A stretch of DNA of 64,000 nucleotides, taken from the NCBI GenBank assembly GCA_024683775.1, contig GCA_024683775.1_4106.1; one strand, given 5' to 3'. A program made the translations under genes and the position numbers. This document shows, in pieces, positions 16,724-25,443 of this stretch. The DNA comes from a phage. The notes beneath the pieces were generated by a model, which searched no databases, was not told the DNA's origin, and saw nothing but the letters and a program-made list of their open reading frames with translations. Position 1 is the first letter of the stretch. Each line of letters begins with the position of its first letter.

Positions 16724-17125
16724 ATGACCTTCTCAATCACTTCCTTCGCTGACGTTTTAGTACTGGCCCGGACTTTTGGTAAAGCTGGCCTTGAACACGC
16801 TGTAAGTAATGGTCATATGCACCCTGAATATTGCCGCATCATTGGAAGCTGCAAACGTTGGGCAGTGTCCCGTAATATTGAGATTGAAAACTTCAATGAC
16901 GGCAACAACGAATATACAGTTGATGCAGTATTCGAAGCCGTTGATCTCGGCGGTATCTATAACACTAACCTGAATGATGTGCGTATCGTTCGCACGGGGT
17001 TCGGTGCTTATGATGTATCTATCCGTGAAGCTATGGACAAGGGATACATTAGCAAGGACCAGTTAGCTTACATCATGCAGCAAACTAAGGAGCGTAATGA
17101 AGCACGTACTATCTTAGGGCTGTAA
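16724..17125 (+). CDS. hypothetical protein (133 aa)
   Basis: ORF; promoter, hairpin and SD TAAGGAG upstream; trimmed from track ORF 16661. Confidence 0.7.
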   Translation: MTFSITSFADVLVLARTFGKAGLEHAVSNGHMHPEYCRIIGSCKRWAVSRNIEIENFNDGNNEYTVDAVFEAVDLGGIYNTNLNDVRIVRTGFGAYDVSIREAMDKGYISKDQLAYIMQQTKERNEARTILGL

Positions 17126-17193
17126 GCAATACACATCACCAAACATCATAGGCCGCTCTCTAGCGGCCTTAACTATATCAGGAGTACATACAC

Positions 17194-17403
17194 ATGATCT
17201 ATACAGTATATAGCGTTCTAGGCACTATTGCAGGCGTACATGATAACGTCGATGGTGCTATGCGTACAGTACTGCAACAGGTTCCACTAAAGCCTAAGAC
17301 CATTAAGCAGATGACAGCACGACTAACCAGGGCGACGGCTGGCGTGGAAGTATGGCAGGACTATGGGGATACACAGATAATCGTAAGCGTAACGAAGGAT
17401 TAA
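17194..17403 (+). CDS. hypothetical protein (69 aa)
   Basis: ORF; hairpin AGGCCGCT-CTCT-AGCGGCCT then SD CAGGAG upstream. Confidence 0.65.
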   Translation: MIYTVYSVLGTIAGVHDNVDGAMRTVLQQVPLKPKTIKQMTARLTRATAGVEVWQDYGDTQIIVSVTKD

Positions 17404-17594
17404 TGCGTAAAAGGATTTAGTACTGAATCATAAAAAAGTCAAGGCATTTTTAAACTTCAGCGTTAAAAAAATGCATAGGTAATCCCTTGACTTTTATGAA
17501 TAAAAAGGGATTGGACTATGGCAAAATGCGTAGGGGGCTAAAGGGCGGGTAACCTTAGCGACTTCGATAAAGGGGTATTACTTATAAAATGTTA

Positions 17595-17622
17595 TTGACT
17601 TTTTATATGAATCGTATATTAT
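17595..17622 (+). promoter_or_regulatory. candidate promoter of the family A operon (TTGACT ... TATTAT)
   Basis: Only sigma70-like hexamer pair between the zone-1 end and the first family A gene. Confidence 0.5.
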
Positions 17623-17652
17623 TGGATTGATATTATTTTTAATGGAGTCCCT

Positions 17653-17850
17653 ATGCGTATTTTAACTCAAGAAGAGCACAACCACACACTCATATCCAAC
17701 ATGGCATATATCCTACATATGTCACATATCCGTGGTATTGCATATAAGCGTGAATTGGTTATGAAACTTTTCATAGGAACTAACTATCAAGAAAAGTATA
17801 TCGAACTATACTTACAAGAATTACGAAGGGACATAAAAGGTAGACTATGA
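17653..17850 (+). CDS. family A small protein (65 aa)
   Basis: ORF; SD AATGGAG upstream; C-terminal motif GTNYQEKYIELYL. Confidence 0.7.
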   Translation: MRILTQEEHNHTLISNMAYILHMSHIRGIAYKRELVMKLFIGTNYQEKYIELYLQELRRDIKGRL

Positions 17851-18047
17851 AAATGCGTATTTTAAATAAAGAAGATTATCAAGAACTGTTACGTAAAAAC
17901 ATGGTAAAGATTTATAACACAGACACAAACTTAGAACGAATTGAGTTATACCTTTTGATTACATTGGGAACAAGCTATCAGGGAAGATGGGTGATTCAAT
18001 ATATGGATGCATTGAAAAATGAAATATTATCCACGAGGAAACAATGA
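17847..18047 (+). CDS. family A small protein (66 aa)
   Basis: Family A motif LGTSYQ; ATGA overlap with neighbour. Confidence 0.7.
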   Translation: MKMRILNKEDYQELLRKNMVKIYNTDTNLERIELYLLITLGTSYQGRWVIQYMDALKNEILSTRKQ

Positions 18048-18253
18048 AAACTATAACACGAACCCAATCATACGGTCTTATCTTGAGATACATGGACTTA
18101 ATGTTGGATATCAGAAAAGACCTTCCTAAAACTGCAATTGAAGTTGCAAGAGCAGAGATCCGCATGTTGGCTGTACTGAACACAAACCATCAGGAAGAGT
18201 ATGTTGACGATTGGATTCGATTTTTAATAGAAGATATTAAGAGGAAACTATGA
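18044..18253 (+). CDS. family A small protein (69 aa)
   Basis: Family A motif LNTNHQEEY; ATGA overlap. Confidence 0.7.
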   Translation: MKTITRTQSYGLILRYMDLMLDIRKDLPKTAIEVARAEIRMLAVLNTNHQEEYVDDWIRFLIEDIKRKL

Positions 18254-18462
18254 TTTTTTTAACACCAGAAGAATATAAGATACGTTTTGTTTCTGTCCAG
18301 AATAAAATCTTAATTATATACAATTCAAATGCAGACCTTAACTTATCAAGGGTATTAGAAAAAGATTTACTTATGGGTGCATTTTTGGATACAGACTTTC
18401 AGGTGTATTATGTAGGGGAATACTTAATTGCACTCCAGAATTACATTAAGAGTAAACTATGA
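18250..18462 (+). CDS. family A small protein (70 aa)
   Basis: Family A motif LDTDFQ; ATGA overlap. Confidence 0.7.
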   Translation: MIFLTPEEYKIRFVSVQNKILIIYNSNADLNLSRVLEKDLLMGAFLDTDFQVYYVGEYLIALQNYIKSKL

Positions 18463-18671
18463 ATAGCATTAACTCAAATCTATATACCGAACGCGTCGCT
18501 GCAAGACAACTTGAAATTCTCATAGTATATGAAGAGACTGATGATTTGAACTTAGCATTAGTATTGGAAAATGATATACTATTGGGTGCATTCCTCGGCA
18601 CAGATTATCAGGAGCACTTCTTGAATGAGTATATAATTGCACTCCAGAAATACATTAAGAGCAAACTATGA
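18459..18671 (+). CDS. family A small protein (70 aa)
   Basis: Family A motif LGTDYQEHF; ATGA overlap; close paralog of 18250. Confidence 0.7.
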   Translation: MNSINSNLYTERVAARQLEILIVYEETDDLNLALVLENDILLGAFLGTDYQEHFLNEYIIALQKYIKSKL

Positions 18672-18886
18672 AACATTTAAGTAATTCCGAGAAGAATAAA
18701 ATTATCATTGCTGCAATAAACAAATATTTTACACTTCCTCACACAGAAGGTTTATGTGTAAGGGAACACAGGATAAACACCACCGATATACGCATGATGG
18801 CTGTACTGGGGACGAACTTTCAGGAAGAGTATGTTGTTGCACACATAGTTGCCCTCACTGATCTAATAAGGGACAAATGTAAATGA
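18668..18886 (+). CDS. family A small protein (72 aa)
   Basis: Family A motif LGTNFQEEY; ATGA overlap. Confidence 0.7.
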   Translation: MKHLSNSEKNKIIIAAINKYFTLPHTEGLCVREHRINTTDIRMMAVLGTNFQEEYVVAHIVALTDLIRDKCK

Positions 18887-19140
18887 AACACTTAACACTA
18901 GATGAATATGAAACTATAGTCCGTAAACTAACCCCTATAGCAAGGATAGTCTACGATGACCCCAGCCTTACATGGAACCAAATGCGAGCTAAAGTTAATG
19001 AGCTATGGTTGCTGTACTTTATGGGGACTCAATATCAAGATAAGTTTTGCACAGAATATGTCGAACAATTAATGAATGTTATACAGGATAAACTAGATGA
19101 TTATTGGCTCACAAAACATGAAGACTTTATCAGGAGTTGA
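18883..19140 (+). CDS. family A small protein (85 aa)
   Basis: Family A motif MGTQYQDKF; ATGA overlap; C-terminal extension overlaps next gene. Confidence 0.65.
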   Translation: MKHLTLDEYETIVRKLTPIARIVYDDPSLTWNQMRAKVNELWLLYFMGTQYQDKFCTEYVEQLMNVIQDKLDDYWLTKHEDFIRS

Positions 19141-19369
19141 GTATCAAACTGCCCTATTCTCTTTAATCCATACCCTTAGAAAAAACAATGCCTTACATGG
19201 TGCACCTGAAGTGGATGTTATCAACGGTGAACTTTATCTTATGAAATTCATTGGAACAAACTATCAAGATCTGTTCATTCAACGATACTTATCAGCATTA
19301 AGAAACCAAATCCAATATAAAACCATCAAGGCCAAAAAAGAATGGAATAAACAATGCGACACAGACTAA
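19118..19369 (+). CDS. family A small protein (83 aa)
   Basis: Family A motif IGTNYQDLF; start trimmed to MKTLSGVEY. Confidence 0.65.
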   Translation: MKTLSGVEYQTALFSLIHTLRKNNALHGAPEVDVINGELYLMKFIGTNYQDLFIQRYLSALRNQIQYKTIKAKKEWNKQCDTD

Positions 19370-19605
19370 ATCACAAAATGTATTGTAAACTATTACAGAC
19401 ACTGGCACAGAAACACTATGACACGGTATCTGGAATATTACCCTATGATATCATGCGTTTACTTCACTGTGAGGCCGAGATGCTTGTACTGATGACAGGC
19501 ACTGATAAAAAAGCAATTGTCAAATCAATAGATATGTTCATCGAAGCACAATGTCAACACATTAGAACCGAGATATGGAGGCGAGAGAATGATAACCCTA
19601 AATGA
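19354..19605 (+). CDS. family A-like small protein, divergent (83 aa)
   Basis: Same size and position in the array; motif degraded to MTGTDKK. Confidence 0.6.
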   Translation: MRHRLNHKMYCKLLQTLAQKHYDTVSGILPYDIMRLLHCEAEMLVLMTGTDKKAIVKSIDMFIEAQCQHIRTEIWRRENDNPK

Positions 19606-19804
19606 GTTTCAGTATCATTGGAGATTACAAGCTATAAGAAGGAAAGTTGTTAGTATTTCTTTAGACAAGTCTATTGCACAAGAGGACAAATGTGTTATAA
19701 TAGCTGAAATGAAGTTGGGTGCTTTCGTAGGGACAAACTATCAAAACATCTACACTGACGTATTGTTAAGTGCCTTACGTAACAAGGTGATATCAAAAGA
19801 ATGA
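19589..19804 (+). CDS. family A small protein (71 aa)
   Basis: Family A motif VGTNYQNIY; overlap with neighbours. Confidence 0.7.
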   Translation: MITLNEFQYHWRLQAIRRKVVSISLDKSIAQEDKCVIIAEMKLGAFVGTNYQNIYTDVLLSALRNKVISKE

Positions 19805-20019
19805 GAAAATTACAAGGCTTTGAATACATCAGACTCCTGAAAACATGCACCAGCAGAAGGAAAATCTTATCAAGCAACAAGAGCATCCCTGCCAACCTAA
19901 AACATGCAATGATAGCTGAACTCTATGTAGAAGCACTCATAGGGACAAACTATCAACAAATGTATATAGACATGTGGGTTGATGCATTAGTCAAGGAGAT
20001 CAAAAGTAAATGCAAATGA
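19801..20019 (+). CDS. family A small protein (72 aa)
   Basis: Family A motif IGTNYQQMY; ATGA overlap. Confidence 0.7.
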   Translation: MRKLQGFEYIRLLKTCTSRRKILSSNKSIPANLKHAMIAELYVEALIGTNYQQMYIDMWVDALVKEIKSKCK

Positions 20020-20228
20020 TTAATTTAAGTAAAGATGAATATTATGATCGTCTTGCAAAAACTTATCCAGCACGTAACGCCGTTTATAATAGTAACATTA
20101 TTGAACGCTCAAAGAAGTTGATTGTAGTAAATGAGATTAAGATGCTTTCAGTCTTAGGAACAAACTATCAAGAGAATGCTGTACTGTTGTTAATTGATGC
20201 CCTCAAGAGAGAGATACAAAGTAAATGA
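20010..20228 (+). CDS. family A small protein (72 aa)
   Basis: Family A motif LGTNYQENA; overlap. Confidence 0.7.
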   Translation: MQMINLSKDEYYDRLAKTYPARNAVYNSNIIERSKKLIVVNEIKMLSVLGTNYQENAVLLLIDALKREIQSK

Positions 20229-20461
20229 TTCATTTATCTTACCATGATTATCAAAAACGTTTAAATGCATCAAGGGATATAAGGATTCAAATCTTCAATA
20301 ACAAAAAATTGAAACCTGATAACAGAAGAATCAAAATGATAGAAGCAGAGTTATGCAACTTCCTGGGGACGAACTATCAGGCAGGTAAGGTAAAAAACTA
20401 TCTTAGAGAACTAATGAATTGTATCGAAAATAAATGCGATGCTTTGGAGAATAAAAAATGA
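20225..20461 (+). CDS. family A small protein (78 aa)
   Basis: Family A motif LGTNYQAGK; ATGA overlap. Confidence 0.7.
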   Translation: MIHLSYHDYQKRLNASRDIRIQIFNNKKLKPDNRRIKMIEAELCNFLGTNYQAGKVKNYLRELMNCIENKCDALENKK

Positions 20462-20715
20462 TCAATTTAAGTAAAGATGAATATACCGAGCGTATGACAA
20501 AAATTACACACAAACGTAATACAATCTATCACAACCAAAAAATTCAACACAGTAAGAAAATGATTATGATGCGTGAGTTAAAGATGGGTGTATTCTTGGG
20601 AACAAACTATCAAGAGCCAGAAGTAAATCGATTAATTGATGAGTTACTATTGGAAATCAAAGGTAAGCTGTACTTTTATCAAATGACCCGTCCACTAAGG
20701 TGTACTGATCGATGA
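20458..20715 (+). CDS. family A small protein (85 aa)
   Basis: Family A motif LGTNYQEPE; ATGA overlap. Confidence 0.7.
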   Translation: MINLSKDEYTERMTKITHKRNTIYHNQKIQHSKKMIMMRELKMGVFLGTNYQEPEVNRLIDELLLEIKGKLYFYQMTRPLRCTDR

Positions 20716-20954
20716 ATATTGTGAATAACATCAGATTAGCAGAAAGATTTGATAGAATTGGGGAAGCTATGAGAAGATACGATAAAGAATATGGTCATTT
20801 AAGCTTTACGATAGAAAAGAGATATGAACTTGAAGCAGAGTTTAAAATGCAGTTCCTTTTAGGTACACAGTATCAAAACCAATATGTAGAAAAATGGATT
20901 TCACTTTTAATCCAGACAATTTACGTAAGGAACATTAAATGCAAAATGAAATGA
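20712..20954 (+). CDS. family A small protein (80 aa)
   Basis: Family A motif LGTQYQNQY; ATGA overlap. Confidence 0.7.
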   Translation: MNIVNNIRLAERFDRIGEAMRRYDKEYGHLSFTIEKRYELEAEFKMQFLLGTQYQNQYVEKWISLLIQTIYVRNIKCKMK

Positions 20955-21175
20955 TATACTTAACACATGATGAGTTAACAGAAAGACTAGATAAATCCAA
21001 AAAACTTACAAAATATCTTCCACACAACCCAAACCAAACCCCAGCAGAAAGGAGTGCAGAAGTTTTATTCCAAACATTACCATACCTTCTTGGAACTGAT
21101 AGGCAAGAGTATCATATTGAACGTATAATTAAATATCTCAAAATTACTATTATGGAAAAAGTAAATGCAAAGTGA
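20939..21175 (+). CDS. family A small protein (78 aa)
   Basis: Family A motif LGTDRQEYH; subgroup with N-terminus MQNEMIYLT. Confidence 0.7.
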   Translation: MQNEMIYLTHDELTERLDKSKKLTKYLPHNPNQTPAERSAEVLFQTLPYLLGTDRQEYHIERIIKYLKITIMEKVNAK

Positions 21176-21395
21176 AATGATATACTTAACGAATGAAGAA
21201 TTTCAAGAGAAGATGTTAAAAGCCAATAACATTACTCTTAAGTTCGTTCCAAATCAATCAATATATGAAATGTCTGCGAATGTATTGTTTCAGAAGCTAC
21301 CATACGTTCTTGGAACTGATAAACAAGAATTTATGGTTCAAAATATGATTGAACATCTTGTAATGAGTATTAAGGAAAAAGTAAATGCAAAATGA
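21165..21395 (+). CDS. family A small protein (76 aa)
   Basis: Family A motif LGTDKQEFM; close paralog of 20939. Confidence 0.7.
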   Translation: MQSEMIYLTNEEFQEKMLKANNITLKFVPNQSIYEMSANVLFQKLPYVLGTDKQEFMVQNMIEHLVMSIKEKVNAK

Positions 21396-21642
21396 AATGA
21401 AATACTTAACAGACGATGAGTTAAAAGAACGATTAATTAAATCCAGAAAACTTACAAATCAACTTCCAAACGACACAAACAAGTCACCTGCCGAAAGGAG
21501 TGCAGAAGTTTTATACATTCAACTCATGTACTTTCTTGGAACTGACAGACAAGAGTATTACATTGAAAGTATGCTTCGATATCTTAAATTCTCTATAAAG
21601 GAAAAGATACATGCTCAAGAATTTAAAAATCCTAACAGTTAA
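21385..21642 (+). CDS. family A small protein (85 aa)
   Basis: Family A motif LGTDRQEYY; close paralog of 20939. Confidence 0.7.
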   Translation: MQNEMKYLTDDELKERLIKSRKLTNQLPNDTNKSPAERSAEVLYIQLMYFLGTDRQEYYIESMLRYLKFSIKEKIHAQEFKNPNS

Positions 21643-21868
21643 TGAATATCATAAGATTGTAATGAAAACTAATAGTGCAATTTCTAAAAAATCAAACCCA
21701 AAGTACATACTGGAACACACATTTGAAGAACGTCAATTAGCTTTAGTTGAAGCAAAACTTCTTGCACTCCTAGGAACAAACTATCAGGAAGAATACATCA
21801 GAAAACTAATATACCTTTTAACTAAACACATCAGGAAAAGAAAAAAGCATGAAGCACTTGACAGATGA
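21611..21868 (+). CDS. family A small protein (85 aa)
   Basis: Family A motif LGTNYQEEY. Confidence 0.7.
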   Translation: MLKNLKILTVNEYHKIVMKTNSAISKKSNPKYILEHTFEERQLALVEAKLLALLGTNYQEEYIRKLIYLLTKHIRKRKKHEALDR

Positions 21869-22079
21869 TGAACATGGGCTTATAGTAATGGATGTAATCA
21901 ACATCGAATACAAAAAGTTGATACGCTACCGTTGTTATGAAGATAAGCAACTCGTTCTAGCAGAACAGAAGTTGTTTCGACTCTTAAACACAAACTTCCA
22001 AGCACAATACGAAGAATCGTATATGTACCTTTTGGCGAGGAAAGCAAAAAGAGATTATGAAAATTTTAAGCCACAGTGA
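21849..22079 (+). CDS. family A small protein (76 aa)
   Basis: Family A motif LNTNFQAQY. Confidence 0.7.
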   Translation: MKHLTDDEHGLIVMDVINIEYKKLIRYRCYEDKQLVLAEQKLFRLLNTNFQAQYEESYMYLLARKAKRDYENFKPQ

Positions 22080-22272
22080 ACAAACAGAATTGTTAATCTT
22101 TAATACAAGTAAATTCTTAAACATAACATTGTCTGATATAGATGAGGATGAAAAAGAGTTACTTAGAGCAGATTTAAGAGTTCTTTTATATATTGGAACT
22201 AACTTCCAAGAGCAATTCGTTGAGGACTACATCGATGAACTTAAAGAATCTGTACTGAGAACATGCAAATGA
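22057..22272 (+). CDS. family A small protein (71 aa)
   Basis: Family A motif IGTNFQEQF. Confidence 0.7.
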   Translation: MKILSHSEQTELLIFNTSKFLNITLSDIDEDEKELLRADLRVLLYIGTNFQEQFVEDYIDELKESVLRTCK

Positions 22273-22505
22273 AAATCCTTTCACCAAGTGAATACCACGA
22301 ACTATTAAGTAGTTTAATTCTAAAATTGTATATAGCAAAGACCACAGATTTACCTGATGAAGAAAAAAATATTCTAATGAGTGAAATCTATGTTAATTCT
22401 ACCCTAGGGACTAACTATCAAGAATGTAATATTAATGATTACATCAAAGAACTAAAAAGGTTTATCCAATGCAAATGCGAATCATTACTGAAACAGAATA
22501 CCTAA
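22263..22505 (+). CDS. family A small protein (80 aa)
   Basis: Family A motif LGTNYQECN. Confidence 0.7.
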   Translation: MQMKILSPSEYHELLSSLILKLYIAKTTDLPDEEKNILMSEIYVNSTLGTNYQECNINDYIKELKRFIQCKCESLLKQNT

Positions 22506-22711
22506 CAATCTTAAATGGACTGTTTTTGAAGTTATTTGCCATTAACACATCAAAACTACCAGATACTGATAAAATTATTAAGTTAAATGAAATCTATGTT
22601 CAAGCTACACTGGGAACTAACTATCAAGAAGCCAATGTGTATAATTACATTAATACACTCAAAAGGGTAATAAAATTAAAATGCACAAACAGCCAATACA
22701 CAAACCCCTAG
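22469..22711 (+). CDS. family A small protein (80 aa)
   Basis: Family A motif LGTNYQEAN; close paralog of 22263. Confidence 0.7.
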   Translation: MQMRIITETEYLTILNGLFLKLFAINTSKLPDTDKIIKLNEIYVQATLGTNYQEANVYNYINTLKRVIKLKCTNSQYTNP

Positions 22712-22911
22712 GAACAGCAGAATACATTGAACTAATGGCTGCAAACTTCTCATCCTTTAAGAAACTGATGCAAGAATCAAATAATGATTTAGAATATCAC
22801 ATCAAAAGTTCAGATTTAAGATTGCTACTCACTCTAGGAACAGATTCCCAAGAGCGATTTGTCAATGAGCATATTAGAGCACTTTTAAATGGCATCAGGA
22901 ATAAACTATGA
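22681..22911 (+). CDS. family A small protein (76 aa)
   Basis: Family A motif LGTDSQERF; start overlaps previous gene by 31 nt. Confidence 0.65.
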   Translation: MHKQPIHKPLGTAEYIELMAANFSSFKKLMQESNNDLEYHIKSSDLRLLLTLGTDSQERFVNEHIRALLNGIRNKL

Positions 22912-23123
22912 AGGAAATATCAAATCAAGAGTACTTGGCACTATTCAGGAAGAATAATCACAAATATATGGCACTTGATTCAAGAACTGATATAAGTGAA
23001 CTTCAGAAAAATCTTTTGCGTTCAGAGATGATAGTACTGACACTCTTAGGAACACAGCATCAAGAGAGAACTGTTAATTCACACATAGAGATTCTTATGC
23101 AGATAGTACAGGAAAAGATATGA
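22908..23123 (+). CDS. family A small protein (71 aa)
   Basis: Family A motif LGTQHQERT; ATGA overlap. Confidence 0.7.
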   Translation: MKEISNQEYLALFRKNNHKYMALDSRTDISELQKNLLRSEMIVLTLLGTQHQERTVNSHIEILMQIVQEKI

Positions 23124-23341
23124 GAATCATAACACAACAAGATATTCTTAAGTTCACAAGGGTTCATGCATCTGAATTTGATGCTATATTATCAAAAAGT
23201 TACAACAACCCTTATACAGAAGATGTACATTACAGTGAATTATGGATGTATATACTTTTAGGTACAAATAAGCAAGAGCAAGCAGTACAGAAGTATTTGA
23301 CAGCTTTACGTGATGCTACAGCTAATGGAGTACGTGTTTAA
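23120..23341 (+). CDS. family A small protein (73 aa)
   Basis: Family A motif LGTNKQEQA; ATGA overlap. Confidence 0.7.
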   Translation: MRIITQQDILKFTRVHASEFDAILSKSYNNPYTEDVHYSELWMYILLGTNKQEQAVQKYLTALRDATANGVRV

Positions 23342-23342
23342 T

Positions 23343-23594
23343 ATGAAAGTACTGACAGAACTAGAAATGTATCATAGATTTAATAAGTACTATCATTTAC
23401 TTAAGCCTATACAGAGGATTAAATGTCCATTTGAAGAGAAACAGGTTTTAATCTATGAGCACAAGTTCTTTGTATCATTAGGTACAGATCAACAAGAGTA
23501 CTATTTGACGTTGTACTTGATTACATTAATAGATTTCATTCACTATAAAACCACACAATCTAAACAAGCTAATAAAGAGAAATATGAAAACTAA
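23343..23594 (+). CDS. family A small protein (83 aa)
   Basis: Family A motif LGTDQQEYY; start trimmed to MKVLTELEMY right after previous stop. Confidence 0.65.
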   Translation: MKVLTELEMYHRFNKYYHLLKPIQRIKCPFEEKQVLIYEHKFFVSLGTDQQEYYLTLYLITLIDFIHYKTTQSKQANKEKYEN

Positions 23595-23922
23595 TATAAA
23601 ACTCAAGGTATATAAATCATTTGCAAGTACATACATCAAATGCCATACATGTAACTCTGTAATGGACTACAAAGGTAAGCCATTTGCACTTACTTATGAT
23701 AATACAAGAGGTTTTTATATATCTTTTGCTGATTACAAATATAACATGTACGAACACATTGACATTGAAGATTTAAGTACTTTATCTGAAGAGGAATACT
23801 TTCAAGAATCATTAGTATGGGATTTGGAGTTTCCTATGCCATTAGTACATAAAATGATAGTACTAATAAAAGAAACTAAACCTGTACCTAATGGTTATGA
23901 AGAACACATTATTGAGTATTAA
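23584..23922 (+). CDS. family B protein (112 aa)
   Basis: Motif EEEYFQESLVWD; near-identical tandem duplicate of CDS 23937. Confidence 0.7.
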   Translation: MKTNIKLKVYKSFASTYIKCHTCNSVMDYKGKPFALTYDNTRGFYISFADYKYNMYEHIDIEDLSTLSEEEYFQESLVWDLEFPMPLVHKMIVLIKETKPVPNGYEEHIIEY

Positions 23923-23936
23923 TATATAAGGTAACT

Positions 23937-24278
23937 ATGAAAACTAATATACAACTCAATGTATACAGTTCAGAAGAACATACATATATCAAATGCAGTC
24001 TATGTAAAGATGTAATGGACTACAAAGGTAAGCCATTCACAATTACTTATGATTCTGATGTTAATGATTTATATATATCATTTCTTAATTACGAAAAGAA
24101 AATATACAAGCACGTTGATATTAAAGATTTAAGTACTTTATCAGCAGAGGAATACTTTCAAGAATCATTAGTATGGGATTTAGAATTTCCTATGCCATTA
24201 GTACATAAAATGGTAGTCCTAATGAAAGAAGCTAAACCGGAGTTTAATGGTTATGAAGAACACATCGTTGAGTACTGA
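23937..24278 (+). CDS. family B protein (113 aa)
   Basis: Motif AEEYFQESLVWD; SD AAGGTAA upstream. Confidence 0.7.
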   Translation: MKTNIQLNVYSSEEHTYIKCSLCKDVMDYKGKPFTITYDSDVNDLYISFLNYEKKIYKHVDIKDLSTLSAEEYFQESLVWDLEFPMPLVHKMVVLMKEAKPEFNGYEEHIVEY

Positions 24279-24281
24279 ACA

Positions 24282-24497
24282 ATGAAAATATTATCATACG
24301 AAGATTACCGCAAGCTTCGCGGTATTTTGCGACCAGAAATTCAAAGAATTAATTCTCTTCCTATATCTAATGCAGAATGTTCAGTACTGAAAGATGAGTT
24401 AATATTAAAACACACAGTAGGAACTAACTATCAAGCTGATAGTGTTCGATATCTAATTTGGGGATTAATATGCATAGTAAAGGAAAAACAAGCTTGA
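24282..24497 (+). CDS. family A small protein (71 aa)
   Basis: Family A motif VGTNYQADS. Confidence 0.7.
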   Translation: MKILSYEDYRKLRGILRPEIQRINSLPISNAECSVLKDELILKHTVGTNYQADSVRYLIWGLICIVKEKQA

Positions 24498-24522
24498 CAG
24501 TACTTTTCATTACTGATATAGT
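24494..24522 (+). promoter_or_regulatory. candidate sigma70-like promoter (TTGACA-17-TATAGT)
   Basis: Hexamers read directly upstream of CDS 24554. Confidence 0.5.
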
Positions 24523-24553
24523 ACCTGTACGTTAATCATTAGGGTAGAAAATT

Positions 24554-24799
24554 ATGTTGAATTTTTTAAATTTCCTTATCGTCTTGTGTATTGTTCTTGG
24601 GATTGCACCATTTGTATTGTATTTCATGGATTCCGATGAAATGCAAAAGATGAATTGCACAAGGACAGGACAGAGTAGAGAAGAGACGATTCTTATGCCT
24701 GTTACCGTTATTGTTAATAATATGCCCATTACAAACATGGTCCCTACCCTAACGACAACGTACCAGTACTCTTGTACAGACGGAGAGAGGTGGAGATAA
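24554..24799 (+). CDS. small membrane protein (81 aa)
   Basis: ORF; SD AGGGTAGAAA upstream; hydrophobic N-terminal helix FLNFLIVLCIVLGIAPFVLYF. Confidence 0.6.
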   Translation: MLNFLNFLIVLCIVLGIAPFVLYFMDSDEMQKMNCTRTGQSREETILMPVTVIVNNMPITNMVPTLTTTYQYSCTDGERWR

Positions 24800-25122
24800 T
24801 GCGTAAGTTCAATTGTATTGTACGTAAGAATTCATGTTACATTGTAGTAGCTGATTTTAATACAGGTTCTGGGTTGAAGATATTTGAGTACAGAAAATGC
24901 AATAATTCTTTTCATTGGAAATTGGGTGCAAGAAAAGCAAAAACAATTTCAGTACCGAATTTATGTTCTATCTCTGAAGAAGAAGAGTTTCAGTACTTGT
25001 TAGTACATGATGATTCTTTAGGATTTACATTCGAAGATATGAAGGAAGTACAAAAGCAGATGATTGCACATTGTCATCTTCCACCGAATTTTGTTCAACG
25101 CGTATGTGAATTCTACATATAA
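24799..25122 (+). CDS. family B protein (107 aa)
   Basis: Motif EEEEFQYLLVHD; SD GGAGAGAGG upstream; trimmed from track ORF 24772. Confidence 0.65.
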   Translation: MRKFNCIVRKNSCYIVVADFNTGSGLKIFEYRKCNNSFHWKLGARKAKTISVPNLCSISEEEEFQYLLVHDDSLGFTFEDMKEVQKQMIAHCHLPPNFVQRVCEFYI

Positions 25123-25131
25123 GAGAAGAAT

Positions 25132-25443
25132 ATGAAATTTAATATAGCAAAAACATCGAGTATATGTATTTTTGGTTATGCAGAAGAGTTAGGTGATATT
25201 GACATTCTTTTGTACAAAAAGGATGGTGTTATGCATTTCAAGTACCAGGATGAAGAGGCAGACAATTATCTTTTACCTAATTTAGTACAAATGCAGGAAG
25301 AGGAATTATTCCAGTACAGCTTAATATACGACATTGATATTTGCACGATGCCAGTATTAATTAGTATTCAAAAAGTGATGCTCGATATGTATGATAATTT
25401 AATACAAGGTACAGCAGGGATAACCAAACATGTCAATATATAA
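25132..25443 (+). CDS. family B protein (103 aa)
   Basis: Motif EEELFQYSLIYD. Confidence 0.7.
   Translation: MKFNIAKTSSICIFGYAEELGDIDILLYKKDGVMHFKYQDEEADNYLLPNLVQMQEEELFQYSLIYDIDICTMPVLISIQKVMLDMYDNLIQGTAGITKHVNI

Noticed and set aside
17653-24497. CRISPR-like array suggested by the regular ~200-bp periodicity
   Set aside because: The periodicity comes from protein-coding paralogs with open reading frames and overlapping start/stop codons, not short direct repeats with spacers.
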